A stretch of 64,000 bases of DNA from contig CM030332.1 in NCBI GenBank assembly GCA_017654855.1, positions 1,736,001 to 1,800,000 on the forward strand, read 5' to 3'. The DNA comes from Podospora anserina (Eukaryota). The translations under genes were made by a program, and so were the position numbers. Shown here piece by piece: positions 21,394-34,365 of this stretch (the stretch's first letter is position 1; the number at the start of each line of letters is the position of its first letter). The notes beneath the pieces are model-generated. The model did no database searches and was not told the DNA's origin. It saw only the letters and a list, made by a program, of their open reading frames with translations.

Positions 21394-24300
21394 ATGATTG
21401 CTGCAAGCCTACTGCCCGCGAGGTTTCGCGGGGAGCAGCCCGCCTCCCAGGCTGCTGCGCCATCCTGGTTCAACAAAAAAGTCACACCGCTTCTTCAGGT
21501 TCTGTCGAAGCTTACCTCAACCCACCCAATTCACACCATTGTCGTGGTTGCGCTGCTTGCCAGCTCTTCGTATATCGGCCTTTTGGAGGACAGCCTGTTT
21601 GATGCGAGCATAAGTGTAAGGAAGGCGGAATGGTCATCTCTTGTCGAGGGGAGCCGTCGCCTCAGGGTTGGCGAAGACACCGCTTGGAAGTGGCAGAACG
21701 ATGACTCGGAAGCGCCCATTCCCGAGGGCGCCGACCACCTCGCCCTCTTGACTCTTGTCTTCCCTGAGACCATGTCTTCCGATGCTTCCCGTGTTCCTCC
21801 CGTCGTCAACGCCGTTCCAATTCCTCAGAATCTGTCGATCAAGTCGCTTCCGTCAACATCCAACTCTTTCAGCACCTACGCCCAGGATAGCGCCCTCGCC
21901 TTTTCGATTCCCTACAGCCAGGCCCCCGAATTCCTCTCTGTCGCCCAGGAAATTCCCAACGACGAGTCCGCGCAAGAGAGCAGGGAGACTGAGCATGGCC
22001 GGGAACAAAAGATGTGGATCATGAAGGCTGCCAGAGTCCAGACTCGGAGCAGTCTCATCAGATGGGTACACAACGCTTGGGTTGAGTTTACCGACCTTCT
22101 CAAGAATGCCGAGACGCTCGATATCGTCATCATGGCTCTCGGCTATATCTCGATGCACCTGACCTTCGTCTCGCTCTTCCTTTCGATGCGCCGCATGGGC
22201 TCCAACTTCTGGCTTGCCACCAGCGTCATCTTCTCGTCCGTCTTCTCGTTCCTCTTCGGTCTGTTTGTCACCACCAAGCTCGGTGTCCCGATCTCCATGG
22301 TTCTCCTGTCTGAGGGACTTCCATTCCTTGTCGTGACAATTGGCTTTGAGAAGAACATCGTCCTGACAAGAGCGGTTCTCTCGCATGCCATCGAGCATCG
22401 CAGACCCGTCAAGGGTGGCAAGCAATCCGCGATTGATGCCTCGAGCGCCATTCAGTCAGCCATTTACCTTGCGATCAAGGAGAAGGGCTTCGATATTGTC
22501 AAGGACTATGCTATCGAGGTCGGCATCTTGGTGCTGGGCGCCGCCTCTGGTGTTCAGGGTGGCCTTCAGCAATTCTGCTTCTTGGCCGCGTGGATTCTGT
22601 TCTTTGACTGCATCCTGCTCTTTTCCTTCTATACGGCTATTCTCTGCATCAAGTTGGAAATCAACAGGATCAAACGCCACGTTGAGATGCGCAAGGCTTT
22701 GGAGGATGATGGTGTCAGCCACCGCGTCGCTGAGAATGTGGCTCAGAGCAACGATTGGCCCAGAGCAGATGGTCAAGACAAGCCTGGCACCACCATCTTC
22801 GGCCGTCAGATCAAGAGCACCCATATCCCCAAATTCAAGGTGCTCATGGTTTCTGGGTTTGTTCTTATCAATGCCCTCAACTTGGCCTCGATTCCCTTCC
22901 GCAGCGCCGATTCTATTTCGAACATCTCTTCATGGGCTCGCGGTCTTGGCGGGGTCGTTACGTCACCCCCTGTTGACCCTTTCAAGGTTGCCTCCAACGG
23001 TCTCGAGTTTGTATTGGAATCTGCCAAGGCTGAGGGTCGTGAGACTGTCGTCACTGTTCTTACCCCGATTCGCTACGAGCTCGAGTTCCCCTCTGTTCAC
23101 TACGACTTGCCCCAGCAGCTCGACAACGTTGGTGGTGATGATATCACCGAGCTGGGCTACGGTGGTCGCATGGTGGGCGGCATCCTCAAGAGCTTGGAAG
23201 ACCCAATCCTGTCCAAGTGGATTGTCGTGGCTTTGGCTCTCAGTGTGGCTCTCAACGGATACCTTTTCAACGCCGCCAGGTGGGGCATCAAGGACCCCAA
23301 TGTCCCAACTCACCCCATCGACCCCAAGGAGCTGGCTGATGCGCAGAGGTTCAACGATACCGAGTCTGCAACCCTCCCTCTGGGCGAATACATTCGCACC
23401 TCGCCAACGCCCGCCCCTTCAATCCCGCCTACTCCTGCTTTGACGGATGACGAGGCCGAACCCTCTAAGGAGTCCGGTTCGGAACCTCAAGCTCCCGCTG
23501 TCCCTCGCACCCAGGCCGAGCTCGAGAAGATGGTTGCCGAGAAGCGCGCACATGAACTCACCGATGCCGAGATCGTTGCTCTTTCCCTTCGTGGCAAGAT
23601 CCCTGGTTATGCTTTGGAGAAGACGCTCAAGGATTTCACCCGCGCTGTCAAGGTCCGCCGCTCCATTATTTCTCGCACCAAGGCTACTTCAGAGCTCACC
23701 AACCTTTTGGAACGATCCAAGCTCCCGTACCAGAACTACAACTGGGCTCAGGTGCACGGTGCTTGCTGCGAAAATGTTATTGGATACATGCCCCTCCCGG
23801 TCGGTGTTGCCGGCCCCCTTGTCATTGACGGACAGAGCTACTTCATTCCCATGGCTACTACTGAAGGTGTCTTGGTGGCCAGTGCAAGCAGAGGCTGCAA
23901 GGCTATCAACTCTGGTGGTGGTGCTGTCACCGTTCTTACCGCCGATGGCATGACCCGTGGTCCTTGCGTCAGCTTCGAGACGCTTGAGAGAGCCGGTTAC
24001 GCCAAGCTCTGGCTTGATTCCGAGAAGGGTCAGAATGTTATGAAGAAGGCTTTCAACTCTACCAGTCGCTTCGCTCGTCTTGAGACTATGAAGACCGCTA
24101 TTGCCGGTACGAACCTGTACATCCGTTTCAAGACCACAACCGGTGATGCCATGGGCATGAACATGATTTCCAAGGGTGTCGAACACGCCCTCAGTGTCAT
24201 GCGCAACGAAGGCTTCGAGGATATGAACATTGTCACTGTCAGCGGTAACTACTGCACCGACAAGAAGCCTGCTGCCATCAACTGGATCGAGGGCCGTGGC

Positions 24301-24967
24301 AAGAGTGTTGTCGCTGAGGCCATCATTCCTGCCGAGGTTGTGAAGAGCGTACTGAAGACTGATGTTGACACCATGGTTGCCCTCAATGTCGACAAGAACT
24401 TGATTGGTTCCGCCATGGCCGGTTCTGTCGGTGGTTTCAACGCCCACGCTGCCAACATCGTCGCCGCTATTTTCCTCGCAACAGGTCAGGATCCCGCGCA
24501 GGTGGTTGAGAGCGCCAACTGCATCACCATCATGAAGAAGTAAGTTTTGGCCTGATTTTATTGTTGTGAATACACAAAATGCTAACGACTCTGTCTCTAG
24601 CCTGCGTGGGTCTCTGCAAATATCCGTCTCCATGCCTTCCATCGAAGTCGGCACTCTTGGCGGCGGCACCATCCTCGACCCCCAAGGTTCGATGCTTGAC
24701 CTTCTCGGCGTCCGTGGCCCTCATCCCACCAGCCCAGGAGAGAACGCCAGGCGGTTGGCTCGCATTGTCGCTGCCGCTGTTCTGGCCGGTGAGCTCTCGC
24801 TCTGCAGTGCTCTCGCTGCCGGGCATCTTGTCAAGGCACACATGCAACATAACCGCTCCGCTCCTCCCACAAGGAGCACAACACCAGCTCCCATGACGAG
24901 CGGGTTTGAGCGGGCGGCGTCGACCACGGCGCTGAGCGCGGCTGCGATTGAGCGGTCGAGGCGCTGA
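21394..24967 (+). CDS. HMG1: HMG-CoA reductase (class I, with HPIH and sterol-sensing domains); intron 24540-24600
   Basis: HPIHTIV, sterol-sensing TM region ([16 protein letters not shown]), catalytic motifs [47 protein letters not shown] and [12 protein letters not shown]. Confidence 0.98.
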
Positions 24968-26835
24968 GGTGTGTCTTGACGTTTATTCTCTGTATATAAG
25001 TTTAGACATGGTCAACTGAGGGGTTGTGGAGGGAGATGTTGTGTGTAGATATAGACATAAAATTCGGACTGGCCACTGTAGTGATATTTGTGGCGGTTAA
25101 TACTATTTTTGTTGCAAACAAGCAAAACTCGCGAACTTTTTCAAAAGAGAAGGTTTCGAGTTTCTCATGCGCTTCCTATTCTCATAGGTAGCCAGTGACG
25201 CGTTCTGCATGTGCGTTTGTGCTAGGGGGGTTGTTTTGGAAGAGGTGAGGAGAATTTTGAGTGGTGTATTCACAGGAATGGTTGAACCCAATGATGGGAT
25301 TCTGATATCTCCGAATTACCTACTCGGATTTACAAATGTCCTGAAACGGATCAGGTCGTTCCATTGAGACCACCTCGTACACTTCTTTTGCCTTGAGGCA
25401 CTGTCAGACATTGATTGCACTGTGCTTGCCCGTGTATGGTTTAGGCTGGCTATTTTATGAGAGGCGAAAAAGTTTTTTTTTTTTAAACACAGGGGCCGTT
25501 TTCCAGCTGCTGTGGTTTTCTGCTGACTGCTGTGGCTTTGGATGAGAAAGTCTTGCTAATTTGGTGTCACAGCAGGATGGATCATCGGGAACCGAGCCCA
25601 GTGTGAGTGAGGCGGCAGCTGTTGAAAGCCTTGCCACGAGGTGTGCGACAAAGAAATACATACCACCACCACCACCACTTGCAGCCTAAGGAGATGGGAA
25701 AGTGGCCCGGAAATAAGAAGCGTGGTTAGTCGCGAAGGCGCGAAGATGATGGCGGTGGGTGGGCTTGCTTGTTTGGTGAGCGGTGAGGGACAGTGTCAAG
25801 TCACACCGATTGTTCTTTTTTTCTGCTTCTTTTCCCTTTTTGGGGGGTTGGTTTGTTGGCGAATGGGTTAGGGGAGTTCTTTAGGGAGAGAGCAAGCCGC
25901 ACATTGTGAGACAAGTTGTGTAAAGGTTGAGAACGTGGTAGTCTGAGATTGGGGGTTGTACATGAGGCTGTCTACATCCTGAGAGGAAAAACTAAAATGA
26001 GGGATCAGAAGGGGGACCAAAAGTCAATGATGACGATGTCTTTTGTAGAAGGCTCTTGTTCCCCGCGTTGTCGAGCATCGGCACCGGCCGCCGCCCCCCA
26101 TGGTTTGCTGCTGCGTCTGATGTGTCGTTTTTTGCCGATTCGGCTTAACAGAATGTCACCTTCTGATCACCACTCTTTTTCCAACTGTTCGGTATGTGGG
26201 ATTGACCCACAGCCCTTTCTTTCTGCCTTGCGTAATGGGTAGACTTTCCCATCTTTGCTTTGCCTCCGGAGTTTAGAAAACCCTGGGTAGTTGTTATTAA
26301 TCGATAGCGTCTTTGGGCCTAGTGGTGCCGTCATTCATCAAGACATTGCTCCCAGCCTTCTCGCAGTTTTTGGAACGTCTTGTCATCTTTCAACAATTGA
26401 TGGGGCTTTTTGTTCTTTCCCACGGAGAACTAATATCTACCTCGATACTTGACAGCTCTGCATCCGCCGAGCTCTGCCTTGGACCCGCATCCGTTTGCAT
26501 CACCGCGCATCTGGCAGTCAAAATAAGCTTTGTGGTCCCCATTGCCGACAGATCCTGGCCGTTGAGGCGGTAGAACTGACGGCATTGTTCGACAAAAACG
26601 TTGTTAGTGAGAGGTGCTTCCCTCGATCCCGGGACTGGTCGTCCCATCTAGGCCCAGTAGTTGAGAACTCTGCGACTCGAAGGGCTAGCTATAGTCTTGC
26701 GATTTGCCCACATCGCCACACTGGGTCGAATAATCTCGACTGACAAGCTCCCACTGTAGGCGCTGGCCACGAAACATTATCGCCATCACTTGCTTACCGA
26801 CCTATAACATCACGTCCAAACTGCCCAACAGCATC

Positions 26836-28778
26836 ATGGCTGGCGTTGCTGACGACCCAGAAAAGCGCACAACGCCAAGCAGTGGGACAAGTCCCGCGAG
26901 CACCATCCGAGTCGACAGAAGCGAAAACCAGTTGGCGCAGTCATCATCAACGTCGAAGGATGAAGTGGGCGAGCTCTCCTCCAAGGCCGATGTGCCGCCT
27001 GTCGCAGCCTCGGGACCAGCGCCAGAGGAGTCACGTACCAAGTTAGAAACGACACTGGTCATCACCGCACTGGCGAGCGCGCTCTTCCTTGGCGCACTCG
27101 ATATCACCATCGTCAGTGTAGCCATTCCAACAATTGCGGAGGAATTCGGCTCGACCGCTGGGTACACATGGATTGGATCGGCATACATGCTCGCCAGCGC
27201 GGCCGGCGCGCCGATGTGGGGGAAGATATCTGATATCTGGGGCCGGAAGCCCATCATGCTCATTGCCGTCGGCATTTTTTGGATTGGGTCCCTGCTGAGT
27301 GCTCTCAGCAAGAATATTGGCATGCTCATTGCTGCTCGGGCGATCCAGGGCATTGGTGGTGGCGGCATCATCATTCTTGTCAACGTTTGCATCAGCGACC
27401 TGTTCTCCATGCGAAAACGAGGTAAGTTAAGAGTTTTCGTTTCGAGAAACCAAGCGTGTTAACGGTCTTATTAGGTATCTACTTTGGTGTAATGGGAATC
27501 GTTTGGGCAGTGGCCAGCGCCGTCGGTCCTGTTCTTGGCGGTGTCTTTACAAGTCAGGTTACCTGGCGGTGGTGTTTCTGGATCAATCTGCCAGTATCTG
27601 GCGTTGGGTTTGCGGTGCTGGCTTGGGTGCTGAAGCTGCACAACCCTCGCACCCCGATGCGCCAGGGGCTCGCTGCCGTCGACTGGTTGGGTTCGCTTGC
27701 GGTTATCGGCGGAACGCTGATGGTCCTTTTCGGCCTCGAGTTTGGAGGCGTGACCTACCCATGGTCGTCGCCCACCGTCATCTGCTTGATCGTTTTCGGT
27801 GTGGTGACGGCTGGCATATTCGTCTTGATCGAATGGAAGGTGGCCAAATTTCCACTGATGCCGTTGCGTCTGTTTCGTCGGCGATCCAGCATTGCCAGTT
27901 TGGGTGTTGCTGCTTTTCAGGGCATTGTCTTCATCTCGGGAAGTTACTACCTGCCGCTGTACTTCCAAGCGGTCCTCGGCGCCTCGCCATTGATGTCCGG
28001 CATCTACGTCCTGCCTTTTGTCTTGTCTCTCTCGGTTGTCTCTGCCATAACTGGCGTGGTCATCAAGAAGACAGGAAAATACTTGCCTTGTATTATCTTT
28101 GGCATGTCAATCATGACTCTGGGTTTCGGGCTTTTTATTGCTCTTGAACCGCAGGCCAACTGGGCCAAGATCGTCGTCTTCCAGCTGATAGCTGGCATCG
28201 GTGTGGGGCCAAACTTCCAGGCACCGCTTATTGCGCTTCAAACAACCGTTGGGCCTCGAGATATGGCATCAGCGACGGCAACTTTTGGATTTATCAGGCA
28301 GTTGTTCACCGCGATATCTGTTGTGATTGGGGGTGTTGTCTTCCAAAATGGGATGGAGGAGCAGTATCCCAGACTGCTAGAGGAAATCGGACCCGATGCT
28401 GCGAACATGCTCTCTGGGAGCAACGCGGCTTCCAGCATTGGCTTTGCCATGAGCCTGCCTGAGCGTAGTCGACGAGTTGCCCAAGAAGCCTACTTCAAGA
28501 GTCTGAGAACCATGTACATCATGTATGTTGTGTTCGCGGGAGTGGGATTGATCGTCTCCTTCTTTGTTGGATCCCGCAAGCTGAGCAACGACCACCAAAT
28601 ACACAAAACAGGACTGAAGGACATGAAGGCTGCCAAGGAGCAGGAAAAGCCTCGACTGCCGGTCGATGGTGGTCTAGACGAGGAACAGAGGGTTCCAGAA
28701 GGGAACTCCAAGAAACTTCCCAAGGAGTCCAAAGGGGAAAAGAAGGGAGGCAACTCGATGAAATTCTTCTTTGAGTGA
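26836..28778 (+). CDS. MFS drug:H+ antiporter, 14-TM (DHA2/DHA14) type; intron 27422-27474
   Basis: LFLGALDITIVSVAIPTI, WIGSAYML, WGKISDIWGRK, ARAIQGIGGGG, GPVLGG..WRWCFWINLP, YYLPLYFQAV. Confidence 0.93.
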
Positions 28779-29811
28779 AAAGACAAGCATATCGATTTTG
28801 GCATGGCGTTCGAGGCGTTTAAGCGAGTCCAAGGGGGCCACGTGGTGGAAGCGTTACATAGCCATGTGAGTGTAGATATTAATCGAGGCTTTTCTCGTGC
28901 ATGATGTGTTCGATTCGAGGCGCGAACTGCAGCCCAGTGAAGATGAGGGTGGTAGTGAAGGCAGGCAAAAGTGAAGAGGCTCGCGCTAGGGCATTCAGGC
29001 AAAAAGCGGGAGTGCGGGGAGGACAGCTACCAGGTACCGGGGAGTCCGCTATATCGAGAGCCGCTATGTCACTGTATCCATCCTTCTTGGCCACTGGACC
29101 ACGAAGGGACTGTTGCAGACGGATGCAGAGGTCGTCTTCCCGGGTTCCTCTCGTCCGGCGATCGAACGCGATGGTGGCGTGTCGTGAGGGGCGGGCCGGA
29201 CTACTTCCAAAGCCGGAGCGGGCTACATGGGAGGAAAAATGCAGTCGAAATCCTTAGAAAACCCGTAATATTGGAGCTCAATGAGGCATGATCTTGAAGT
29301 GATGGAGAAATAAAATGGGAAGACGGATTTCATGTGAACTGGGGCGGAGACCGCCAGCCGTTGAGTCTTGGCATATGATTGGCTGGTGAACTTCATGGCA
29401 ACTTCTTTCCCACAGATTCAACTTGAGCACCAGTTCTCAACAAATTTCGACGCCTATATTCGCTCGTCGCATGTTCCCAATGGGATTATCTTCATTTTTG
29501 AGGGCTTACGAATGGCGGCCCATCAACTAACCATTTTCTAGAACGCGCGTGCACTTCATCGGGAAGGGTCCCGAAAAGGTTGGCACCCCGGTTCCCTTGA
29601 AGTCTCCACGGTGTATCCGGAACTTCACTGTCCGCGTAAAACCCGCCCATGGCAACGAAGCGACATGGTGGGTAGCTCAACAATGCCATGGAATGGAGGA
29701 GAAGGCGGGATGGGTCGAGAATGAAGTATAAGAGGGGCGCCACCAAGACAATATGCTTCGTGAGACTGCAGGCCACCCTCTCCAGTCGGATCAACCTAGC
29801 TGTACTCCAAG

Positions 29812-30991
29812 ATGAGGCTCTCAAGTATTACCTCGGGCTTCCTCGCCCTTGTCGGTCTCTCGAACGCCGCCTCCCTTACCCAGATCACTAACTTTGGTTC
29901 CAACCCAAGCGGCGCGCGCTTTTACATCTACGTTCCCGATAGACTGGCCTCGAACCCGGCCATCATCACCGCCGTGCACTACTGCAGCGGTACCGCCAGC
30001 GCCTTCTACAATGGCAGCCCGTACGCCCGGCTGGCCGATACTCACGGCTTCATTGTCGTGTACCCTGAATCACCGAACTCGGGTGGCTGCTGGGATGTCT
30101 CTTCTAACGCTGCTTACACCCGCAACAGCGGCGCCAACAGCCATGCCATTGTCAACATGGTGAACTGGACCATTGAGCGCTACGGCGCCGACAGAAACCG
30201 TGTCTTCCTCGCCGGGCTCAGCTCGGGCGCCATGATGACCAACGTTCTTGCTGCGACGTATCCTGATGTCTTCAAGGCTGCCAGCGCCTATGCGGGCGTC
30301 CCTGCTGGATGCTTCTACACCGGCACCGTCGCCGGCTGGAACAACACCTGCGCGAACGGCCAGTCGATTACGACCCAGGAGCACTGGGCCCAGACTGCTC
30401 GCAACATGTATCCTGGCTACACCGGCCCCAGGCCGAAGATGATGATCTACCACGGCTCTGCTGATGACATTATCTACCCCAGAGTAAGTCCCCCTCACTA
30501 CCTTTTTTCTGCCCAAACTTGTGAGCATTTACAAACTATTTTTGCTACAGAACTTCAACGAGACGATGAAGCAGTGGGCTGGTGTACTGGGCTATACCTA
30601 CGGCTCGCCCCGCCAGACCATCCCCAACAGCCCCTCCGCCCCCTACACCAAGTACGTCTACGGCGACGACCTCGTTGGCATCTACGGTACCGGCATCACC
30701 CACAACATCCAGATCAACGGTGCCCTCGACCTCGAGTGGTTCGGCATCACTGGCCAGCCCGCCACTACTTCTTCAGCCAGCGGTCCTACCACCACTCCTG
30801 TGTCGTCTAGCACTCTGGTCACTTCTGTCAGGACCACTACTACCTCTGCTCCTCCTGTTGCGACTACCCCTGCGGGTTGCACTTCGCCCAAGTGGGGACA
30901 GTGCGGTGGTCAGGGGTGGACTGGGTGCACTGTTTGCGCTGCGGGATCGACTTGCACTTTTGGAAATAACTGGTATTCGCAGTGCTTGTAA
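29812..30991 (+). CDS. Secreted acetylxylan esterase (CE1, Axe1-like) with S/T linker and C-terminal CBM1; intron 30484-30550
   Basis: Signal peptide, HYCSG, CWDVSS, nucleophile elbow [16 protein letters not shown] and CBM1 [32 protein letters not shown]. Confidence 0.94.
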
Positions 30992-31547
30992 GGGGGGGGT
31001 TGTACATTGTTGAGGTGGGAGGAAAGCTGGATGGGAGAATAGGTGTATATGATTGAAGCCGTCGCATATATGATGCGTAGAAACTTCCAAGAATATACCG
31101 AGAAGTATTAAACAAAGCGTTAGTTTTAGGCAACCCTGAATTTGCGTTACTTCATTTGTGTTTTGGTTCCAAATTTGTGGTCAGGCATGGGCCATGCTCA
31201 AGGTGTGCATCGTTTTGCTGAACAGAAATATCAATGTGAAGCATCCCCCCTATCACGATGATCACAATCAACCACAGAAGCTGCAGCATGGATATTCAAG
31301 CGGACCTTTTTTCGGCACCATCAGTTTCCAGTTTTCAAGGCTGCCATACACAGTCACAATTCCTTCACGATGATGAGACCAAAGTTCGCGGGCATCAACC
31401 ACTGACTTGGTAATTGATCGATTTATAATATATAACTAATAAGGATCTAAGCGTCTTGCAAGTCTTTTAGACTAGCACGTTTGTGAACATAAATAACAGG
31501 TCCTGTAAAGCAAACCAATGCGTATCAACCTCTGAACCACACCTAAA

Positions 31548-31673
31548 AGGATAATTAATAGATCTTAAAAGATAGTTAATAAGTTTTATAAGATAGTTAA
31601 TAGGTTTTAAAAGAAAGTCAACAAGTTTCGAAGGATAGTTAATAGGCTTGAAAAGATCATCAGTAAGATTATC
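31548..31673 (+). repeat. Six degenerate 21-bp tandem units within an AT/TpA-rich, RIP-like patch (~31420-31740)
   Basis: AGGATAATTAATAGATCTTAA / AAGATAGTTAATAAGTTTTAT / AAGATAGTTAATAGGTTTTAA / AAGAAAGTCAACAAGTTTCGA / AGGATAGTTAATAGGCTTGAA / AAGATCATCAGTAAGATTATC. Confidence 0.8.
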
Positions 31674-32095
31674 TATTATTTAAAAGTGTATGTCAGCGAA
31701 TTAGTTATTGTATATTCTTTTTACTTGCAGTATTGATTACTTTTTCCACGGTGGGAGTAGGGCAAGGTTCATGTCAAGCACATACGGCGTTCCGACAATG
31801 CTGAGTTTTTTCATCATCATAAACAATGAGAATAGGTATCTATTTGACTCTATGCTCTGGGTCCATTCCGAACCACCTTTCTGAGATTACATAAGCCACT
31901 CACTTAGAGACCAGAATTTACTGCTGAAATCCCAAAAGTATGTCAACAGGAAATGGTTTCCAGAAGAAGTTCACAGCAGCGGTTCCGTCAGTCCTATGAT
32001 TGACGTACTCGCGACAGGATCCTGCCCAGCTTTCTAATAAAGACCACAATCGATGATCGGGTTTCCGAGAAGTTTCCTCGGATCCTGCCATCCGA

Positions 32096-33383
32096 CTAAA
32101 ACCAAACCCTGTTGTTGTCCGGCCCGTCCCCCGTACTTGTGTGTGAAGAATACGCCCCAGATCCTGATCCTGTATTTCTGTCCGGCCATATCTCTCCCCC
32201 ACTCACAGCAGGCGTGTGTAGCCGTTGTTCGGCAACCGTTCGATGAAACACCGGATTCTGAGCATAAATGGGGAGAAGATTGCCCTCATTATCAGGGTGA
32301 GAGGGACCGGGCTTTAGGTAGCTCCAGTCTCCCGCCCCTCCTGACATATGTGCAATTTGGAGGAGAACCCAAGACGTATGCAACATCCGCGGCGTTTTCC
32401 CTATCGTTTCTCTTGGAAAACTAACCATAAATAGATCTCCGGAGAAAATCAGTTGGCCTGTCCTGTCGTTGATTTGTGCGGAAAGGTTGTTGTTGTCCAG
32501 CAGATATGCGCTGCCGAAAGTTGGTTTGTTACTGAGAAGCGGCGGGCATGGAAGATCAGAGTCGAGACGCTCGTTGACGTCTACCCAGCGCAGGGGGCCA
32601 TGGTTGAACTCTTTGTCGGTGATAGGGTCTATATCGCCCTGTCGCGGGTATATCGGGAACCAGTGCCATCTGAGGTGAACCATGGTATAGTTGGAGTCGG
32701 TTTCGTCCGGTGAGGTTCCTACAACTTCCAATGAGAACTTCTTTCGGTCCCAGCAATCATGCAAGTACGGGTTTATTGGGATGATGTTCCACGACTAGTC
32801 GACGTCGTCTTGCAAGTCGTCGTAATATTCTTGGGGACTCCCGTATTTCCATGGGAAGATCCTGTAGATATCACGTAATGCATTACCCATGGTGTTCCGA
32901 TCCGCCACTGAGCTTGTTATGCTGAATGGCACGATGTGTGCTCCAGGGGGGTCTTTCAGCCCTGTAAATACGCATGCGCGGCCGCTTCCATCTTTAGCCT
33001 GGGGTCGAGATGCGTATTAGTATCAGGGTGTATGTGAAGGGATTATCAAGTGGCCTACCGGATCTGGCTCTTCTCTCCTCCGAGGTTCTTTGTTGTTCGA
33101 AACGGGAATACCAACCCTGTTGGCGACCCTCCACTTGTTCAGTGCCGCAGTATCTTCTCTGACTAGTACCGTGTTAGGGTTTCATTATCAAGCTCATGTC
33201 TGGAAAACCGAACTTACAAATGTACAACGGAGGCCTCAGAGTTTCCAGTTCGCACAGAATACGTCTCACTCCCGTACCCTGCATATAGACCTGACCATGA
33301 AGCCTTCTAACGTTATCCAGTAGCCCCTTCATCACTGGTAGGGAGACAAACAACCAGACCGAAAATCGCAAAGCCGTGAACAC
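32096..33383 (-). pseudogene. Fungal HNH-endonuclease-like (HNH_2-type) gene with an in-frame TAG at 32795-32797 and an unclear, possibly truncated 5' end; two introns near 33000-33060 and 33160-33220
   Basis: Spliced translation: AKDGSGRACVFTGLKDPPGAHIVPFS...DDVD*SWNIIPINPYLHDCWDRKKFSLE...VHLRWHWF...SGDLFMV...MLHTSWVLLQIAHMSGGAG. The C-x2-TG..AHIVPF..N-x7-LH pattern matches this family. Confidence 0.75.
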
Positions 33384-34365
33384 ATCTGGTATATTGCAAT
33401 GCCCTGCGAGATATTGGAGTTCAGAACTAGCTCCGAAGCCCTTCTTTCTAACAGGGCCTTATTTACACTTCAGCCACCACCACCTGGCCACCACGTCAAA
33501 GATCACGGCTCTGAAATAGCCCTCTGAATGAGTGGATCAACTAGCTTAGCAAGGCTTTCAGAATTCCGTTTAGACCTGACTATGGCCTGGCTCTGAAAAG
33601 GTTCCGAATGAATACATTCAGAGGGCCTATTTCTAAACGAAAGATCACGCCCCAACACAATGCATATTGCCGTGACCTGAAATCTTTTTTACATAGTTTA
33701 TTCATTTTATTTATAATTTCATTGATTATTAATCTATTATTTCATCTATTATTTTATATGGCTATTTCAGATTAGTACTGCCGGAGATCTTCTCTTCGTC
33801 GAGAGTATCACCACTCAAGTGAGCCGATGTGATCCCGTATCTCTCGAAAAATGCCTCGAAGCCGCGTCTCAGAGCAGCGGAGAGCTGTCCTTGATTCCGA
33901 TGCTCTGGAGGGGGGCCGGTAACCGGCCCTACAGGATGCTGGCTTTCTGTCAAGAGAAACGTGATGGAGTTATTTTCGGGGCTTGATAATGGGACCAGTG
34001 TTAGCTGCTGACAATGGTTACTGTTGGATATCGGAATGCCACCCAAATCCCACGTAGTCCAGAGTTCGACAGTCTCATCCCAAAACTGTGTGAAGAGTGG
34101 CTCGTTATTTTCCTGGTCGCTGTTGTTATGGGCCTAGGGCCTGGTATGTGGATTTGAAGGTTTGAAGGACACGGCAATACGAAGTGTCTGAGGAGGTGGC
34201 TTTCCACGTGGCTTTTCCAAAGGCCAGTGGTCCGGCAAGGTGTCCTTTTCCACATGTATGTATGGGAGTCCGCTCCCACTCATCGGACCTGTTCTCTTTT
34301 CTTCTCTATCAGTCAATTCAATCCTTTTAAACAGCTTGAATTCCTAGACAGGACCAAATCCCGTA

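Noticed and set aside
21394-28778. HMG-CoA reductase next to an MFS efflux pump as a statin-type self-resistance cluster
   Set aside because: No PKS, terpene synthase or tailoring genes in the window, and the reductase is the full-length housekeeping type.
31548-31673. Regularly spaced repeats as a CRISPR-like array
   Set aside because: Contiguous degenerate 21-mers without unique spacers, in a eukaryotic genome with no cas genes.
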